A stretch of 63,747 bases of DNA, filler included, from Octopus bimaculoides (GCF_001194135.2; 9 parts of 8 records of this genome joined end to end with filler, not necessarily neighbours in it); one strand, 5' to 3'. Numbered from the whole stretch's first letter, positions 24,820 through 39,184 are shown. Numbers and translations: made by a program. Notes: generated by a model from the sequence alone, not told the origin.

Positions 24820-27258
24820 TAACCTGATATTTTAAAAACTATTTATTTTGGCTACTGGTTGCTATGTACAACACTCTATTCTAGTATTATCAAGTCTTTT
24901 GCACAAATATGCACTTAGCTATCTGGCTAGTTCCGTCCATCCATTCAAACTCTTTTTCTCATACACACACACACGCATGCGTTTGTGTAAATATTTTGCT
25001 GGTTTATCACTCACTGGTCAGTGACCAATGCTGAAGCCTCACCCTGAAGAGTTTTTAATTAATCAGTACTTGTTTCAGTTCAGTTCTTCTGTCAAATGAC
25101 TTCTTGTAAAAAGACAACTTGAAATACCATTTTGCGCATGTATGCACAAATGCATGCATATGGACTTATGTACAGTTTCAATTTACCAAATTCTACATGC
25201 AAAGCATTGGTCAATGCAGAGTTACAATAGAACACACTTGCCCGAGATGCTGTACAGAGGGATGGAATCTGGCACTAGGTGGTTGATTGTGAAACAAACT
25301 TCTTTATCATGCGGGGCTACATGTGTCTGTATCACCATCACCATCATAACCTTTTTAACTTCTCTTTTTCCATACCTGCATGGATCAGATGGTCTTTCAC
25401 TCAGTTTCCCCATCTACCAGATTCACTCGCAAGGCATTGGTTGGTCCAGGGCTGTAATAGACAACACTTGCCCAATGTGCTGTGCAGTGGCATTGATCCT
25501 GAGCCCATGCGAGTTTCTTAACCGCATAGCCATGCCTACATCTATCTATCTATATCTATCTATCTATATCTATCTATCTATCTAGTAGCAAGAATGGTAC
25601 CTATAAATGACGAAGCTACTTTGAACATGATTCTATAGAACAATAAAAATTTTATAAGCAGAGAATTACTTACATTTCTTTCATAAATAAAAGTAATTTT
25701 ATTTTACAAATTGTGACATTAAGGACCAAGGTTACCGTGGTCTTTTCCGTAGGTTTTTCTTTCTACGTATAACCTCCCCATTTATTGGGAAATTTTTGTA
25801 ATATTTTCATTTTTTTTTGTACATACCCCAAACGTTTTCTCGATGCCTTTTCATCGTTATCCCCATTAAATTTTTTTTTACTTTATTTTCGTCCTCACCG
25901 AAAAGAAAAAACTCTACATTGTATTTGTCCCATCTATGTTGAGCCCTGTGTGGCTAATAAAAGAAATCTATCTATCTATCTATATCTATCTATTTATATC
26001 TATCTATCTATCTATCTATATTTATCTATCTATCTATCTATGTTGGATATGAATTTATATTCAATGTATAAGAACATAATTACTTTATATTTCTTTTCTT
26101 AACAATCCTTTCTCAATACTTAACATAATTCACTGTTTTCCATTCAGTTCAAGTGCCTTTGTTTCTTGTCCAGTGATATAACACTCCTTCTATGCATCAT
26201 CTTCTATTTCGTCTTTCTCTTTAATCCCCTTTTATTCTCCCTTCCTTAACATTAAAAAAAAAAATCTCTTTTATCTCAGGTTTTTCTGCTTTGAACTTCT
26301 TTTTTCATCTTCTTTTTGTTGTTTTCCTCTCTATCATTATTCATATGTTACATGAATCTTTTTTTTCCTCTTTTCATCTCTCTTTAGCTCACACTTTTTC
26401 TTTATAAGTGATTTTAAGTTTCCTGTCTTTCTTTATGCTTGTCTCCCCTCCCATTCTCTCTCCTGTTTCCTCCATCTTGTGCGCGTGGATTTATAAACAC
26501 ACCTATTTGTATTAGCAAAATACCATTTTTAAAAAAAACCCATCTCGTTTGGTATTACACTCTTTATCTCTTTTGAACCCTAAAGTCTGCTTTGTTTTCT
26601 TTGTTTCAGCACTTCATACCTTATGGAGCATAGGCTATTGATAACTTTTCTCCACTATTCTCAACTCAGAAATGTCTCTTTGCTTCTCTCCAACTGAATT
26701 TCTGCTTTTTCAGCTAAGCCTCAGTATCCTGCCTCCAGCTGATTTTCAGAAAGTCCTCTCTTCTGCCTCACTCATGTGTTCCAAGTCAGGGCCTGACATG
26801 TCATGCTTCCCTGGGGAAAAGGCCTTCTTCTCCCAGATCTTGTTGGGTTTGAAATGTCATCGATGCTTCTGTAACTTGGGTTTCTTTTTTTTTTTCCAAG
26901 GTAATGGTGTTGGCCTTACACAAACCCATTTTTATCTCTGGGTAGAGGTGATCCATATTAGTCTTGCCTCTATCCTTTACCCTGTCCCACATGGGAGGCC
27001 CTGTTAGAACCTTGTGCTTTGCTGGCATAGCTTTTGTTGTCATTAAGGTACACAATCTGCCATACAGCAAGGACTGGACCTTGTAATGAGGGTATAGTTC
27101 AGAGGGCACAATTTTGATTGACAGCATCCCTGGAAGACACAAAAGCTACAGTTTTGTGTTTATGGTTTGCTAATTGACAATCATAAGCACAAAATTATAT
27201 GCTCACCTACATCTGCACTTTCCAGGGGTGTAATCAAGCAAAATTGCACTTGTTAAAG

Positions 27259-27596
27259 CAGTAGTTCTCAAGTGGGGTTCATGTAAGATTTTACTAAAAT
27301 TTATGTGCAATAAACTGGTTATGCTTTTTATACAATTCCTAATAATATTTAATTACAAAAATACAGTAAGATATATTTGGTGTTGGGAAGGGAATCCAAT
27401 CACAGAAACCATACCACAACAGACAATTGGAGTCTGCTCCCTGCTAACTAGCTCCATGTCAAACCATCCAACCCATGCAAACATGGAAAGTGGAAGTTAA
27501 ACAACAATGGTATATATAGCGAATGACTGTGGCACTCCATTTGAGTAAAATAGGAATTAAAGGGGTCTATAGGCATAAAATGGTTGAGAATCATTG
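27259..27596. mobile_element. hAT (Charlie-like) MITE containing an inserted SINE 3' fragment (approx. 27378-27510)
   Basis: TIRs CAGTAGTTCTCAA / TTGAGAATCATTG; perfect 8-bp TSD TGTTAAAG. Confidence 0.85.
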
Positions 27597-27800
27597 TGTT
27601 AAAGCATATTTGCAGTTTCAAAGGTTTGCATATTATATTCCTTCTTTGTTATTCCCTTTTCTTCTCAGATTTCCTTATATCTATGCAACATATTAAAACA
27701 CTGAGCCAATGAAGGAGCCTCTATATGGTTGTTCAACCTACTAAAAACAGCAGCCAAATGTTTCTCAAATCCGATCTTATAGTTTATTATGATGTTTCTC

Positions 27801-27985
27801 TCTCTTTTCTCTTTTACTTGTTTCAAGTCATTTGACTGCAGCCATGCTGGAGCACTGCTTTTAGTCGAGCAAATCGATCCCAGGACTTATTCTTTGTAAG
27901 CCTAGTACTTATTCTATCGGTTTCATTTGCTGAACCGCTAAGTTACGGGGACCTAAACACAACAGCATCAGTTGTCAAGCGATGT

Positions 27986-28038
<53 letters not shown>

Positions 28039-28200
28039 GCGACGGGCTTCTTTCAGTTTCCGTCTACCAAATCCACTCACAAGGCTTTGGTCGGCCTGAG
28101 GCTATAGTAGAAGACACTTGCCAAAGGTGCCATGAAGTGGGAATGAACCCGGAACCATGTGGTTGGTAAAAAAGCTATTTACCACACAGCCACTCCTGCA
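27801..28200 (-). mobile_element. Family A SINE, full length, CpG-decayed
   Basis: Matches family A, with several CG to TG/CA changes. Confidence 0.9.
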
Positions 28201-28512
28201 CCACTTCTTTCACTTCTTTTAACATTGTCCAAGATAAACTGTCTGTAAAAACCTGTTTGACCTAAGCTGACCTGTAACTAAACAGCATCAAGCTTATATT
28301 ACTGTGTTTAAAAAAACTAAATTAGTGTTTACCTTTAATGTAGTCAGCATAAGAAAAATCTAATTAGATATACCGTAAGTGCCAGTGTATAAGGTGCACT
28401 CTCACTTAAGATGTACCCCTCCTTTGCAAATATACTAAGTTTGTTTTTCCACAAAATATGTTTCATTATACAGTTACTGAAAAATATAGTAAAGTGGTTT
28501 TACTGAGAATGT

Positions 28513-28893
28513 TGTTGTTGTTGTTGTTGTTGTTGGTACTCTGTCGCTTACGACGTCGAGGGTTCCAGTTGATCCGATCAACGGAACAGCCTGCTCGTGA
28601 AATTAACGTGCAAGTGGCTGAGCACTCCACACACACGTGTACCCTTAACGTAGTTCTAGGGGATATTCAGCATGACACAGTGTGACAAGGCATCAACAGA
28701 AACAGAAAGTAAGAGTGAGAGAAAGTTGTGGCGAAAGAGTACAGCAGGGTTTGCTACCATCCCCTGCTGGAGCCTCATGGAGCTTTGGGTGTTTTTGCTC
28801 AATAAACACTCACAACGCCTGGTCTGGGAATCGAAACCGCGATCCTATGACTGCGAGTCCGCTGCCCTAACCACTGGGCCATTGCGCCTCCAC
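28513..28893 (-). mobile_element. Family B SINE, full length
   Basis: 11-bp TSD ACTGAGAATGT (28502-28512 and 28894-28904); (CAA)n tail. Confidence 0.92.
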
Positions 28894-29344
28894 ACTGAGA
28901 ATGTAGGATTCTATGAATGTAATACAATATTGTGATAGTACACTGGAATAAAATATGAAGCCATAAATTTATAAATAAACTACATTATGGGTCTACCATA
29001 TCTCAGCTTTATCTTCTTTCAGATCAACTGTAAAGCTGTTTATATTTTGGTTAAGAGAATCTTCATACAGGATGTAAAACTCGTATTTCTGGCTGTGATG
29101 TTTTATGTAATCCCTGTTGGCCACCAGGGTGGCTCGCCACTGATATGATTTTGTTGTCATCCACTCATTGCAAATTACTGGCAGGTGGATGAATCTGTTC
29201 GTCTTTCTAGAAGAACTTTTCATTTAAATAATTAATGTTTCTGAAATGTAACAAGGTTTCAAATCTAAAATACAAGCAACTTCCTCCAACCCCTGATTTA
29301 CTTCTAGGTACAAATTTGTCACTCTTCCTTTTTTTCTTCCTCGT

Positions 29345-29640
29345 TGTTCTCCATCTCTCTCTCTACCTCTTCTCCTTTTTCTCTCTCTCTACCTCTTCTC
29401 TTTTCTCATCTCTCTCTCTTCACGTCTTCTCTCTCTTTTCACCTTCTCTCTCTATCTTTTCTCTCTCTATCTCTTCTTTCTCTCTATCTTTTCTCTCTCT
29501 CTATCTCTCTCTCTCTATCTCTTCTTTCTCTCTCTCTCTATCTCTTCTTTCTCTATCTCTTCTTTCTCTCTCTCTCTATCTCTTCTTTCTCTCTCTCTTT
29601 ATCTCTTCTTTCTCTCTCTCTTTATCTCTTCTTTCTCTTA
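29345..29640. repeat. Polypyrimidine minisatellite (TCTCTTCTTTCTCTCTCTCTA-like units)
   Basis: Direct reading. Confidence 0.85.
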
Positions 29641-30198
29641 TTACCCCAACTTCTCTAAATCTCTTCATCTTAGAGTGTTGAGTGCACACGTTTCTCTGAT
29701 TTCATGGCTCTAAGCTAACAAGATCAATCATCCCTTGAATAGGACACCAGCTTAACTTAATTAATATTGCCAGGAGATAAACTACCTGTTCTTCCCTCAG
29801 GCATAGAAACTGAGTTGAAGAAGAATTACATATCCTGCCCTAAAGATCTACAAAAGAAAGAAAATCCTTACAATAATTCACATCTTTTTATTTCTGCACC
29901 TTAAATGAGGTTGGCTGGCTCTGTAAATCTACAAATTTCCATAAACTATTGAAACAGCTGGTTTACAGCTAAATTAGCCCTGTTTATAAAGGTACTTTAT
30001 AGGTTGCATAAATTATATCACACCTTGGTACTGTATGGACTGAGATCCCCATTGACAGACCTCTGACAGTTTTCTGATATTTAAGATGAAGTGTTAACAC
30101 TTACAATATGCAAATTAATAACACCAGTTTTGTGTTGAGTATTTAAACAGATTGGCTGCTTGTTTCTCTAGGATTGGTCAAATTGACATTGATGACCT

Positions 30199-30581
30199 TA
30201 CTCTTTTATTTGTTTCAGTCATTTGACTGCGGCCATGCTGGAGCACCGACCCCAGGACTTATTCTTTGTAAGCCTAATACTTATTCTATCGGTCTCTTTT
30301 ACCGAACCGCTAAGTTACGGGGACGTAAACACACCACCATCGGTTGTCAAGTGATGTTGGGGGGACAAACACAGACACACAGACACACAAACACACACAC
30401 ATACAATTACATATATACGATGGGCTTCTTTCAGTTTCCGTCTACCAAATCCACTCACAAGGCTTTGGTTGGCCCGAGGCTATAGTAGAAGACACTTGCC
30501 CAAGCTGCCACGCAGTGGGACTGAACCCAGAACCATGTGGTTGGTAAGCAAGCTACTTACCACACAGCCACTCCTGCACCT
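30199..30581 (-). mobile_element. Family A SINE, full length
   Basis: Matches family A. Confidence 0.9.
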
Positions 30582-30704
30582 AATGATGAGAATCTCACCT
30601 TGATGAGAATCCAGTAAGATTCAGCAATCAATTAAGGTTGTGCATCATTTTTCTCAATCTCTGGAGAAACAGTTAAATTAGCCCTGTTTATAAAGGTACT
30701 ATAT

Positions 30705-30995
30705 GATGGACTCTCCCATCGAAGACCACCTGTGAGTGCTCAGCTTTAGCTGAACAACCTGTACAAATAGTTTGTTTATAGGGATCAAATGCATGTGGTG
30801 TACATTAACTCACTCCCTCCATCAAATCCATGTTGCCTGAAGAGGTGAACGATGTACCATGCATCAGGTGTCGAAGTGATCACAAAGTAACATGTAATGA
30901 AGTGTTTGGCTCAGGAACTACCTGGTCTGGGAATTGAAACCAAGATCACACTATTATGAGTGCAGCACCCTAACCACTAGGCCATGCATCTTCAC
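30705..30995 (-). mobile_element. Family F SINE
   Basis: Homologous to 39-330; 13-bp TSD AAAGGTACTATAT (30692-30704 and 30996-31008). Confidence 0.85.
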
Positions 30996-31094
30996 AAAGG
31001 TACTATATAGGTTATATATTAAGTATAATCTAGCACTGACACCTGACATCTCAATATTTTTGATTTCCTCATTGTTGGTTGTTTTATCATTAGT

Positions 31095-31310
31095 CATCAT
31101 CATCGTTATTTAATGTCTGTTTTCTATGCTGGCATGAGTTAGACTGTTTGACAGGATCCAGCAAGCTGTAGAACTGTGGCAGGCCCCAGTGTCAGCCTCG
31201 GTGTGGTTTCCATCGCTGCATACCCTTCCTAACATCGACCAATTTATTGGGTGCTTTTTATTCTTCATGATAGCACTTGTGAGATCAAGTAACTTGCAAG
31301 ACAAAGTAAA
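31095..31310 (-). mobile_element. 3' region of another SINE-like repeat ending in (GAT)n
   Basis: Reverse complement resembles CCAACCCATGCCAGCATGGAAA...TTAAA...GATGATGAT, also seen at 27378-27510 and 34997-35045. Confidence 0.65.
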
Positions 31311-32116
31311 GAAGAGAAATGCAAAAAAGCCCCCTTCATTTAGTGCAGGTGTGGGTGTGTGGTAAGAAGCTTGCTTCCCAAACCACATAGTTCCAGGTTC
31401 AGTTCCATTGTGTGGCACCTTGGGCAAGTGTCTTCTACAATATCTTTGGGCTGACCAAAGTCTTGTGAGTGGATTTGGTTGATGGAAACATGTCTGCGCA
31501 GTTTAAGAAATTTGCTTTGCAATCCCTTAGCTTCAGGTTCAATCCCACTGCACAGTACCTTGATCAAGTTTCTCGTCCTGTGACCTCAAATTCAGCTAAG
31601 TCTTGTGAGTAAAGTTGAGTTGATGGAAACTGTATGGAAGCCTATTAGATGGGCCATACTCATTCCAGGATGGGATACTTAGTTCATCACCACCACCATA
31701 GCTGCTGCAACCATCACTACTTCTATAACACTGAATAACCACTGCCACCATTACGATGACACGCAACCACACAACACACCACCATTACATTACACCACTG
31801 CTACAACACACCAACACCACCACCATCACTACTACAGCTACTATCACCAAACTACCTATGCAACTGTCACCACTATTATACACACAATAATCACTACTAC
31901 CATTACTACAACACTGTACCACCACCACCACCACTACTACAGCTGCTGCTCAAAAAATCCGGTTTCAATAATCATATCAAATCAGTTCTTATTTAAACCT
32001 GCTGTCAATTTACTTTTCTTTTTCCTCCCTGTGTGGTCCCAGGTCAGCTCTGATTGAACACGCCTATGATCAAAGGCTTTTCTGGCCACGACCACTCCAT
32101 CTTAAGATAATAGACT

Positions 32117-32543
32117 GTGATTTGAGGATGATTTGGCTGTTATTTCTAGCAAGTTATTACTGCTGTTGTTTAGAGGATGTGATCTGAGGGTGGTTTCGTT
32201 GTCGTTTCTAGCAAGTTGTTATTGTTGCTGTTGTTAACAAGGTGTGATCCGAGGGCAATTTGACTCTTGTTTCTATCAAGTTGTTATTGCTGTTGATAAT
32301 AGGGTATGATTTGAGGGTTATTTGGCTGTTATTTCTAGCAATTTATTATTGTTGTTGTTTAGAGGATGTGATCTGAGGGTGGTTTCGTTGTCGTTCCTAG
32401 CAAGTTGTTATTGTTGCTGTTGTTAACAAGGTGTGATCCGAGGGCAATTTGACACTTGTTTCTAGCAAGTTGTTATTGCTTTTGATAATAGGGTGTGATT
32501 TGAGGATTATTTGGCTGTTATTTCTAGCAAGTTGTTATTGTTC
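32117..32543. repeat. Minisatellite with higher-order structure (ABC)2A; monomers 62/65/62 bp, HOR 189 bp
   Basis: Monomer starts at 32117, 32179, 32244, 32306, 32368, 32433 and 32495. Confidence 0.9.
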
Positions 32544-32832
32544 CTGTTATTAATAAAATTAATAATGTATCAATTGCTGATTATAAAGACATGTATATGC
32601 TTCTAGTTAATTAGTTTCTGTGGTTATTTTATATTTATTGGCAAGGTGTGTGTGTGTGTGTGTTGTTTTCCAAAACCATAATATAAATTGCGTACTGAGA
32701 GCACACGATAACAGCGTATGTTTATTACAAGAAGCTCAAGTGAATTGATGTGTGTGTGCATGCAAACCTCATAGCAGCCTATATTATTACTAAGACCTGA
32801 AGTAGTTCAGTGTTTTGAGTCTGTATGTGATT

Positions 32833-32871
<39 letters not shown>

Positions 32872-33753
32872 GTTCTGTGTATGAATAAGCTTAAATGAGA
32901 GAGAAAAAGGAGCTGTATCTAATCATTGTCTTTGTTAGTTTAAAGCTCATATATATATATATGTGTGTATACATGTGTGAGTATATATGTGTGTGTATAC
33001 ATGTGTGAGTATATATGTGTGTGTATACATGTGTGAGTATATGTGTATGCATGTGTGTGCATATGTGTGAGTATATGTGTATGCATATGTGTGTATATAA
33101 GTATGTGTGTAGATCTGTATGTGTATATATATAGATGTGTGTGTGTATTTGTGTGTATATTTGAATGTGTGTATTTGTGTGTATGTATGTGTGTATATGA
33201 ATGTGTGTATATGTGTATGTATGTGTGTATATATGAATGTGTGTATATGTGTATGTATGTGTGTATATATGAATGTATGTATGTGTGTGTGTTTATGTGT
33301 GTATATTAATCAGGTGTATAAATTTAGGCTTGATTGAATAAATTAATGATTAATGATATTTATAAAAGTGCTTTGACTTTTCCTTTATAAATAGCCACAG
33401 ACTGAACAACTTGGGCAAATAAGAGAGGGCTAGGAATAAACAAGAATTTATAGTTCAGTTTATATCGATCAAAGGATGGTAACTTGCTAGGATTGGTTTC
33501 TGCGAGCTCATGGAGTGGAAATCGCAAAATAACAAATTTTGATGGAAAATTACATTAAATTATTATTATCATTTTTTTTCTTTTTTTGCTGACCGTTTTT
33601 CTCCCCTGCAATTTCATGAGTTGTAAAGGGCAAATTGGTAGAGAGGAAAATTTTTTTGTATGTTTTTTTATTCTGGCTGCTTTTGTTATTATTGTTTGGA
33701 ATCGGAGTAACCGGTAACCTTGATTGGATTAAAATCATTTCTCTAATGAACAT

Positions 33754-34162
33754 TCTCTTTTACTCTTTTACTTGTTTCAGTCATTTGACTGCGGCCATGC
33801 TGGAGCATCGCCTTTTAGTCGAGCAAATCAACCCCGGGACTTGTTCTTTGTAAGCCTAGTACTTATTCTATCGGTCTCTTTTGCCGAACCGCTAAGTGGC
33901 AGGGACATAAATACACCAGCATCGGTTGTCAAGCGATGCTAGGGGGACAAACACAGACACACGCACACACACACACACATATATATATACATATATACGA
34001 CGGGCTTCTTTCAGTTTCCGTCTACCAAATCCACTCACAAGGCTTTGGTTGGTCTGAGGCTATAGTAGAAGACACTTGCCCAAGGTGCCACGCAGTGGGA
34101 CTGAACCCGGAACCATGTGGTTGGTAAGCAAGCTACTTACCACACAGCCACTCCTGTGCCTA
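33754..34162 (-). mobile_element. Family A SINE, full length
   Basis: Near-consensus copy; followed by a more decayed copy at approx. 34220-34590. Confidence 0.92.
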
Positions 34163-34601
34163 TTGTTTTGTTTTTTTTATCTATCAGGCACAGTGCAATC
34201 TTGGATAATATTCTTAAACTTGCTTCAGTCATTTGACCGTGGCCATGCTGGAGCACTGCTTTAAAAGGTTTTTTTTTTAGTTGGAGAAATTGACCCCTAG
34301 GCCTTATTTTTTTGTAAGCCTAGTACTTATTCTATCAGTCTCTTTTGCTAAACTGCTAAGTTACAGAGATGTAAACACACCAATATCGGTTGCCAAGCGA
34401 TGGCGGTGGAACCAAACACAGATACAGACACACACATAAATATATATATGTATGTATATATATGATGGGGTTTTTTCAGTTTCCGCTTAGCAAATCCACT
34501 TGGTTGGCTTGAGGCTATAGTAGAAGGCTCTTCCCCAGGTACCATGCAGTAGGACTGAACCCAGAATCAAGCTTTTTACTACATAACCTCTAATATAGCC
34601 T

Positions 34602-34637
<36 letters not shown>

Positions 34638-35648
34638 NNNNNNNNNNNNNNNNNNNNNNNNNNNNNNNNNNNNNNNNNNNNNNNNNNNNNNNNNNNNNNN
34701 NNNNNNNNNNNNNNNNNNNNNNNNNNNNNNNNNNNNNNNNNNNNNNNNNNNNNNNNNNNNNNNNNNNNNNNNNNNNNNNNNNNNNNNNNNNNNNNNNNNN
34801 NNNNNNNNNNNNNNNNNNNNNNNNNNNNNNNNNNNNNNNNNNNNNNNNNNNNNNNNNNNNNNNNNNNNNNNNNNNNNNNNNNNNNNNNNNNNNNNNNNNN
34901 NNNNNNNNNNNNNNNNNNNNNNNNNNNNNNNNNNNNNNNNNNNNNNNNNNNNNNNNNNNNNNNNNNNNNNNNNNNNNNNNNNNNNNNNNNNNNNNNCTGT
35001 CCAACCCATACCAGCATGGAAAACGAATGTTAAATGATGATGATATCATATATGTATATTCTCTGTGTGTGTGTGTATGTGTGTATATATTATATATGTA
35101 TATTATAAATATGAGTATGTATATTGTAAATGTATATTATAAATATGAGTATGTATATTGCAGATGCATATTATAAATATGTGCATATATATTATAGATG
35201 TATATTTTAAATGTGTATATATTGTATGAGAGTGTGTGCACAAGCACACACATGCATGCAACACGTGATGGATTTCTCCCAAATTCAGTCACAAGGCTTT
35301 TGGTGAGTCCAAAGCCATTGTAGAAGACACTTACCCAAGTCAAAACTGAACTCAAGACCACATGGTTGGGAAGCAAGCTTTTTGACCACACAGTCATGCC
35401 TGCACCTATTAGCAATATCTTTTATCTTTTATTTGTTTTAGTCATTTGATCGCGGCCATGCTGGAGTAACTCACTGTCTTGAAAGGTTTTAGTCAAACAA
35501 ATCAACATCAGGACCTTTTTTTTTTTTTAAAGCTTGGTACTTATTCTATTAGTCTTGTTTGCTGAACTGTTAAGTTACAGTCACATAAACACACCAGTAC
35601 TGGTTGTCCAGCAGTGGTGGAGGGGACAAACACAGACTCAAAGACATG

Positions 35649-35688
<40 letters not shown>

Positions 35689-36913
35689 CACCCTTTTAAA
35701 GTCTAGCCAGGCTCATGGGCCGGTTTCTATGGCGTATGTGTTCCCCCCATCTGGGNNNNNNNNNNNNNNNNNNNNNNNNNNNNNNNNNNNNNNNNNNNNT
35801 TAATTAATTAANNNNNNNNNNNNNNNNNNNNNNNNNNNNNNNNNNNNNNNNNNNNATCGATGTGCATGTTAGCATGGCTGTATTACGGGTGTATTTTCAA
35901 TACCTTCAAGATATGCCTAGTTCTCTAAACATCATCTCTAAATAACTTATAGTGCCAAATGCTTATACACATCATTCCTCAATGTTCTATATACACTGCA
36001 ACCATTGCATGCGATACATACCACAATTCCAGCAGCATGAACGCACTACAGCAAAGAATTACAACACGCGCTGTCGTACTAAATACTCTACATCAAAATG
36101 TATATACACACATGGTACAATATTAATTTTCTATACAAAATTGAGCAATAATTTAATTTAAATACTCTAGAACAGGTAGCTATATACAACATGGTTCTAT
36201 GGTCGATCTATATATAGATCTGCAATAATTTTTTGGTGCATACACTACAAAATATATTTTATTCGCACATACGCGTCAGTGAATGTTTGTCTACGCCCGG
36301 GAAAACGATAATGTTTCATACATCCTGCATTATTCATACACACAGAACAAATTTATAACCATCACGGAAAATTATATTTTCTATAATGAATCAACATTAC
36401 AATATCAACTTCCAAGAAATAGCACATATCTGTATATATATATATATNNNNNNNNNNNNNNNNNNNNNNNNNNNNNNNNNNNNNNNNNNNNNNNNNNNNN
36501 NNNNNNNNNNNNNNNNNNNNNNNNNNNNNNNNNNNNNNNNNNNNNNNNNNNNNNNNNNNNNNNNNNNNNNNNNNNNNNNNNNNNNNNNNNNNNNNNNNNN
36601 NNNNNNNNNNNNNNNNNNNNNNNNNNNNNNNNNNNNNNNNNNNNNNNNNNNNNNNNNNNNNNNNNNNNNNNNNNNNNNNNNNNNNNNNNNNNNNNNNNNN
36701 NNNNNNNNNNNNNNNNNNNNNNNNNNNNNNNNNNNNNNNNNNNNNNNNNNNNNNNNNNNNNNNNNNNNNNNNNNNNNNNNNNNNNNNNNNNNNNNNNNNN
36801 NNNNNNNNNNNNNNNNNNNNNNNNNNNNNNNNNNNNNNNNNNNNNNNNNNNNNNNNNNNNNNNNNNNNNNNNNNNNNNNNNNNNNNNNNNNNNNNNNNNN
36901 NNNNNNNNNNNNN

Positions 36914-36949
<36 letters not shown>

Positions 36950-37456
36950 ATGAATGTATATACACCCACACAGATATACTCCTACGCATTTCGATACACA
37001 CACACTAATGAATTTGCATATAGACATAGAACAGCATTCGTATACACAGATGATAGTAAATTCGTATAAATACCGCACAAGGTTTGCGTTCTACACACTG
37101 TACAGAACTCTGAATCCCCCATGGCTATACAACGTATACAACCTTGACACCAGAGCTCAGTATACACCCACGACATTGTAAGTGTGTATACTGGCAAAGT
37201 TTCTGTTGCTTACACCTACGATAAAACTCATATAAACACTCGACATCTAATTGTATACACCCACTGCATTCACTTATGAACACCTGCGGCAATCCTTCAT
37301 CTCGACGTACACATTAAAGTATAGCTATATACACTCATGGCATTGCATATTATTTCGTAGATTAGAATTGAATTTCATACGCAAATACAAGTACAAGAAA
37401 TCCAACTACATATATATACCTAATACTGCAATACTATTTACATACGTGTGCAATAC

Positions 37457-37511
<55 letters not shown>

Positions 37512-38318
37512 ATATAGCCAGCTGGAAACGATGTTTCCTGTGGTTAAACGACAATAACAATCGTCCCTTTCAGGACAGCCACATTATGTTAGCAAATAGC
37601 ATTTACTTCATATGTGTGTGTGTGCGCGCGCGTGTGTATGAGCCGACTGTATATAGCATACATACATTATAATTGAGATTTACAAATATTATCTGATTAT
37701 GAGTCTGTATACACTTACTACTGCACTATACGAATCAATATGACATTCTCTATGGCTAGATTGACCTGTTAGATGCAATAGGCAAATCTGCCTCTGATTT
37801 ATACACTAGAAATGTACTCCTATAACATGCAAGCTGATGAGTGCGTCACGCCTGGAAAGACGATTGTCATTGCTATGTTGATTCCATCAGTGTTGACATA
37901 TGAGAGTACAGTCTTCTATAACATACTCATGCTGCACGGAAGGTCAATTATATTACCAAGTAATAATGATATTCTACACCTGCGTGCTATTATACAATCA
38001 TTTATATCTACGAGGATGCACAAATATGCACTCACCACAACGCATGTCCTTGCACACAAGCACGTGATGAAACAGACAGATTTTAGGTCTAGGCCTATAC
38101 AAATATATATACACATCACAATGTTATACAAGACCCTTACAAACGATCATAGAATTACAAACTGTTACAGAATATATGACTAAGAATATACATCCATCAT
38201 AAGAGCTTTATATATAATATACACACAGAAAACGATAATATAGTTATACATACACACCTACGACATTACAACGAACTATACATGATTGCAGCAAAATCAA
38301 TAAGTCTTATATGTACAG

Positions 38319-38353
<35 letters not shown>

Positions 38354-38453
38354 NNNNNNNNNNNNNNNNNNNNNNNNNNNNNNNNNNNNNNNNNNNNTTA
38401 ATTAATTAANNNNNNNNNNNNNNNNNNNNNNNNNNNNNNNNNNNNNNNNNNNN

Positions 38454-38800
38454 ATAGGTGCCCTGGGAATGACAGCGAAACGGGCTGATTACTACCTAGC
38501 TCAGATACCAGGAAACCCCAAAATGGCTGAAGTTCAAAAGATAGTGCTCATGGGAACTGCCCATATCCTACGTAAAATACTGTCTATGTGATCTCAAATT
38601 TTAAAGCAAACACATAATTTTCTTATGGTTTCTTAAACATTCACTTGAACAAAACTGTACAAATCCAAATATATGGTACCCTAGGCATAACACCTACATG
38701 AACTTCTAACTTGTTGTCTCTTGAGGTCTCTGGGTGAGACTTGGATCCAACTTGTACAAATGCAAAACAAAAGTCAAACATAAAATAATAATAATAGTAA
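38454..38800 (+). mobile_element. 3' end of an R4/Dong-clade (RLE) non-LTR retrotransposon
   Basis: Open frame IGALGMTAKRADYYLAQIPGNPKMAEVQKIVLMGTAHILRKILSM* (38454-38591), typical of the R4/Dong C-terminus; 3' UTR ends in (TAA)n; 5' part lost at a linker. Confidence 0.8.
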
Positions 38801-38842
38801 TAATATATATATATAGATATATATATATATAGATATATATAT

Positions 38843-38909
<67 letters not shown>

Positions 38910-39184
38910 GAGGTGAAGGTAACGGAGATAAAGAGCAAAGAGAGCGACGTATGAATGAGAAAGGAAGGGGTGATGGATGAATCATGAAGAAAGGAGTGAA
39001 AAAGCCGATAAACGGTGTTTGAAGTGTGAGGAGATGCGTGTGTAAAAGACGAATTTCAGCATGCGCGCGCGCGTGTGTACAATGGAAATTAGATGGTAAT
39101 GTTCAACGCTGAAAATGTGTGAGTATATGTATGTATGTTTGTGTGTGTGTGTACAAGAGAACTATGTGAAACTTTACATTTACA

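Noticed and set aside
32117-32543. Regularly spaced repeats as a CRISPR array
   Set aside because: The whole monomer is repeated, there are no unique spacers or cas genes, and the context is eukaryotic
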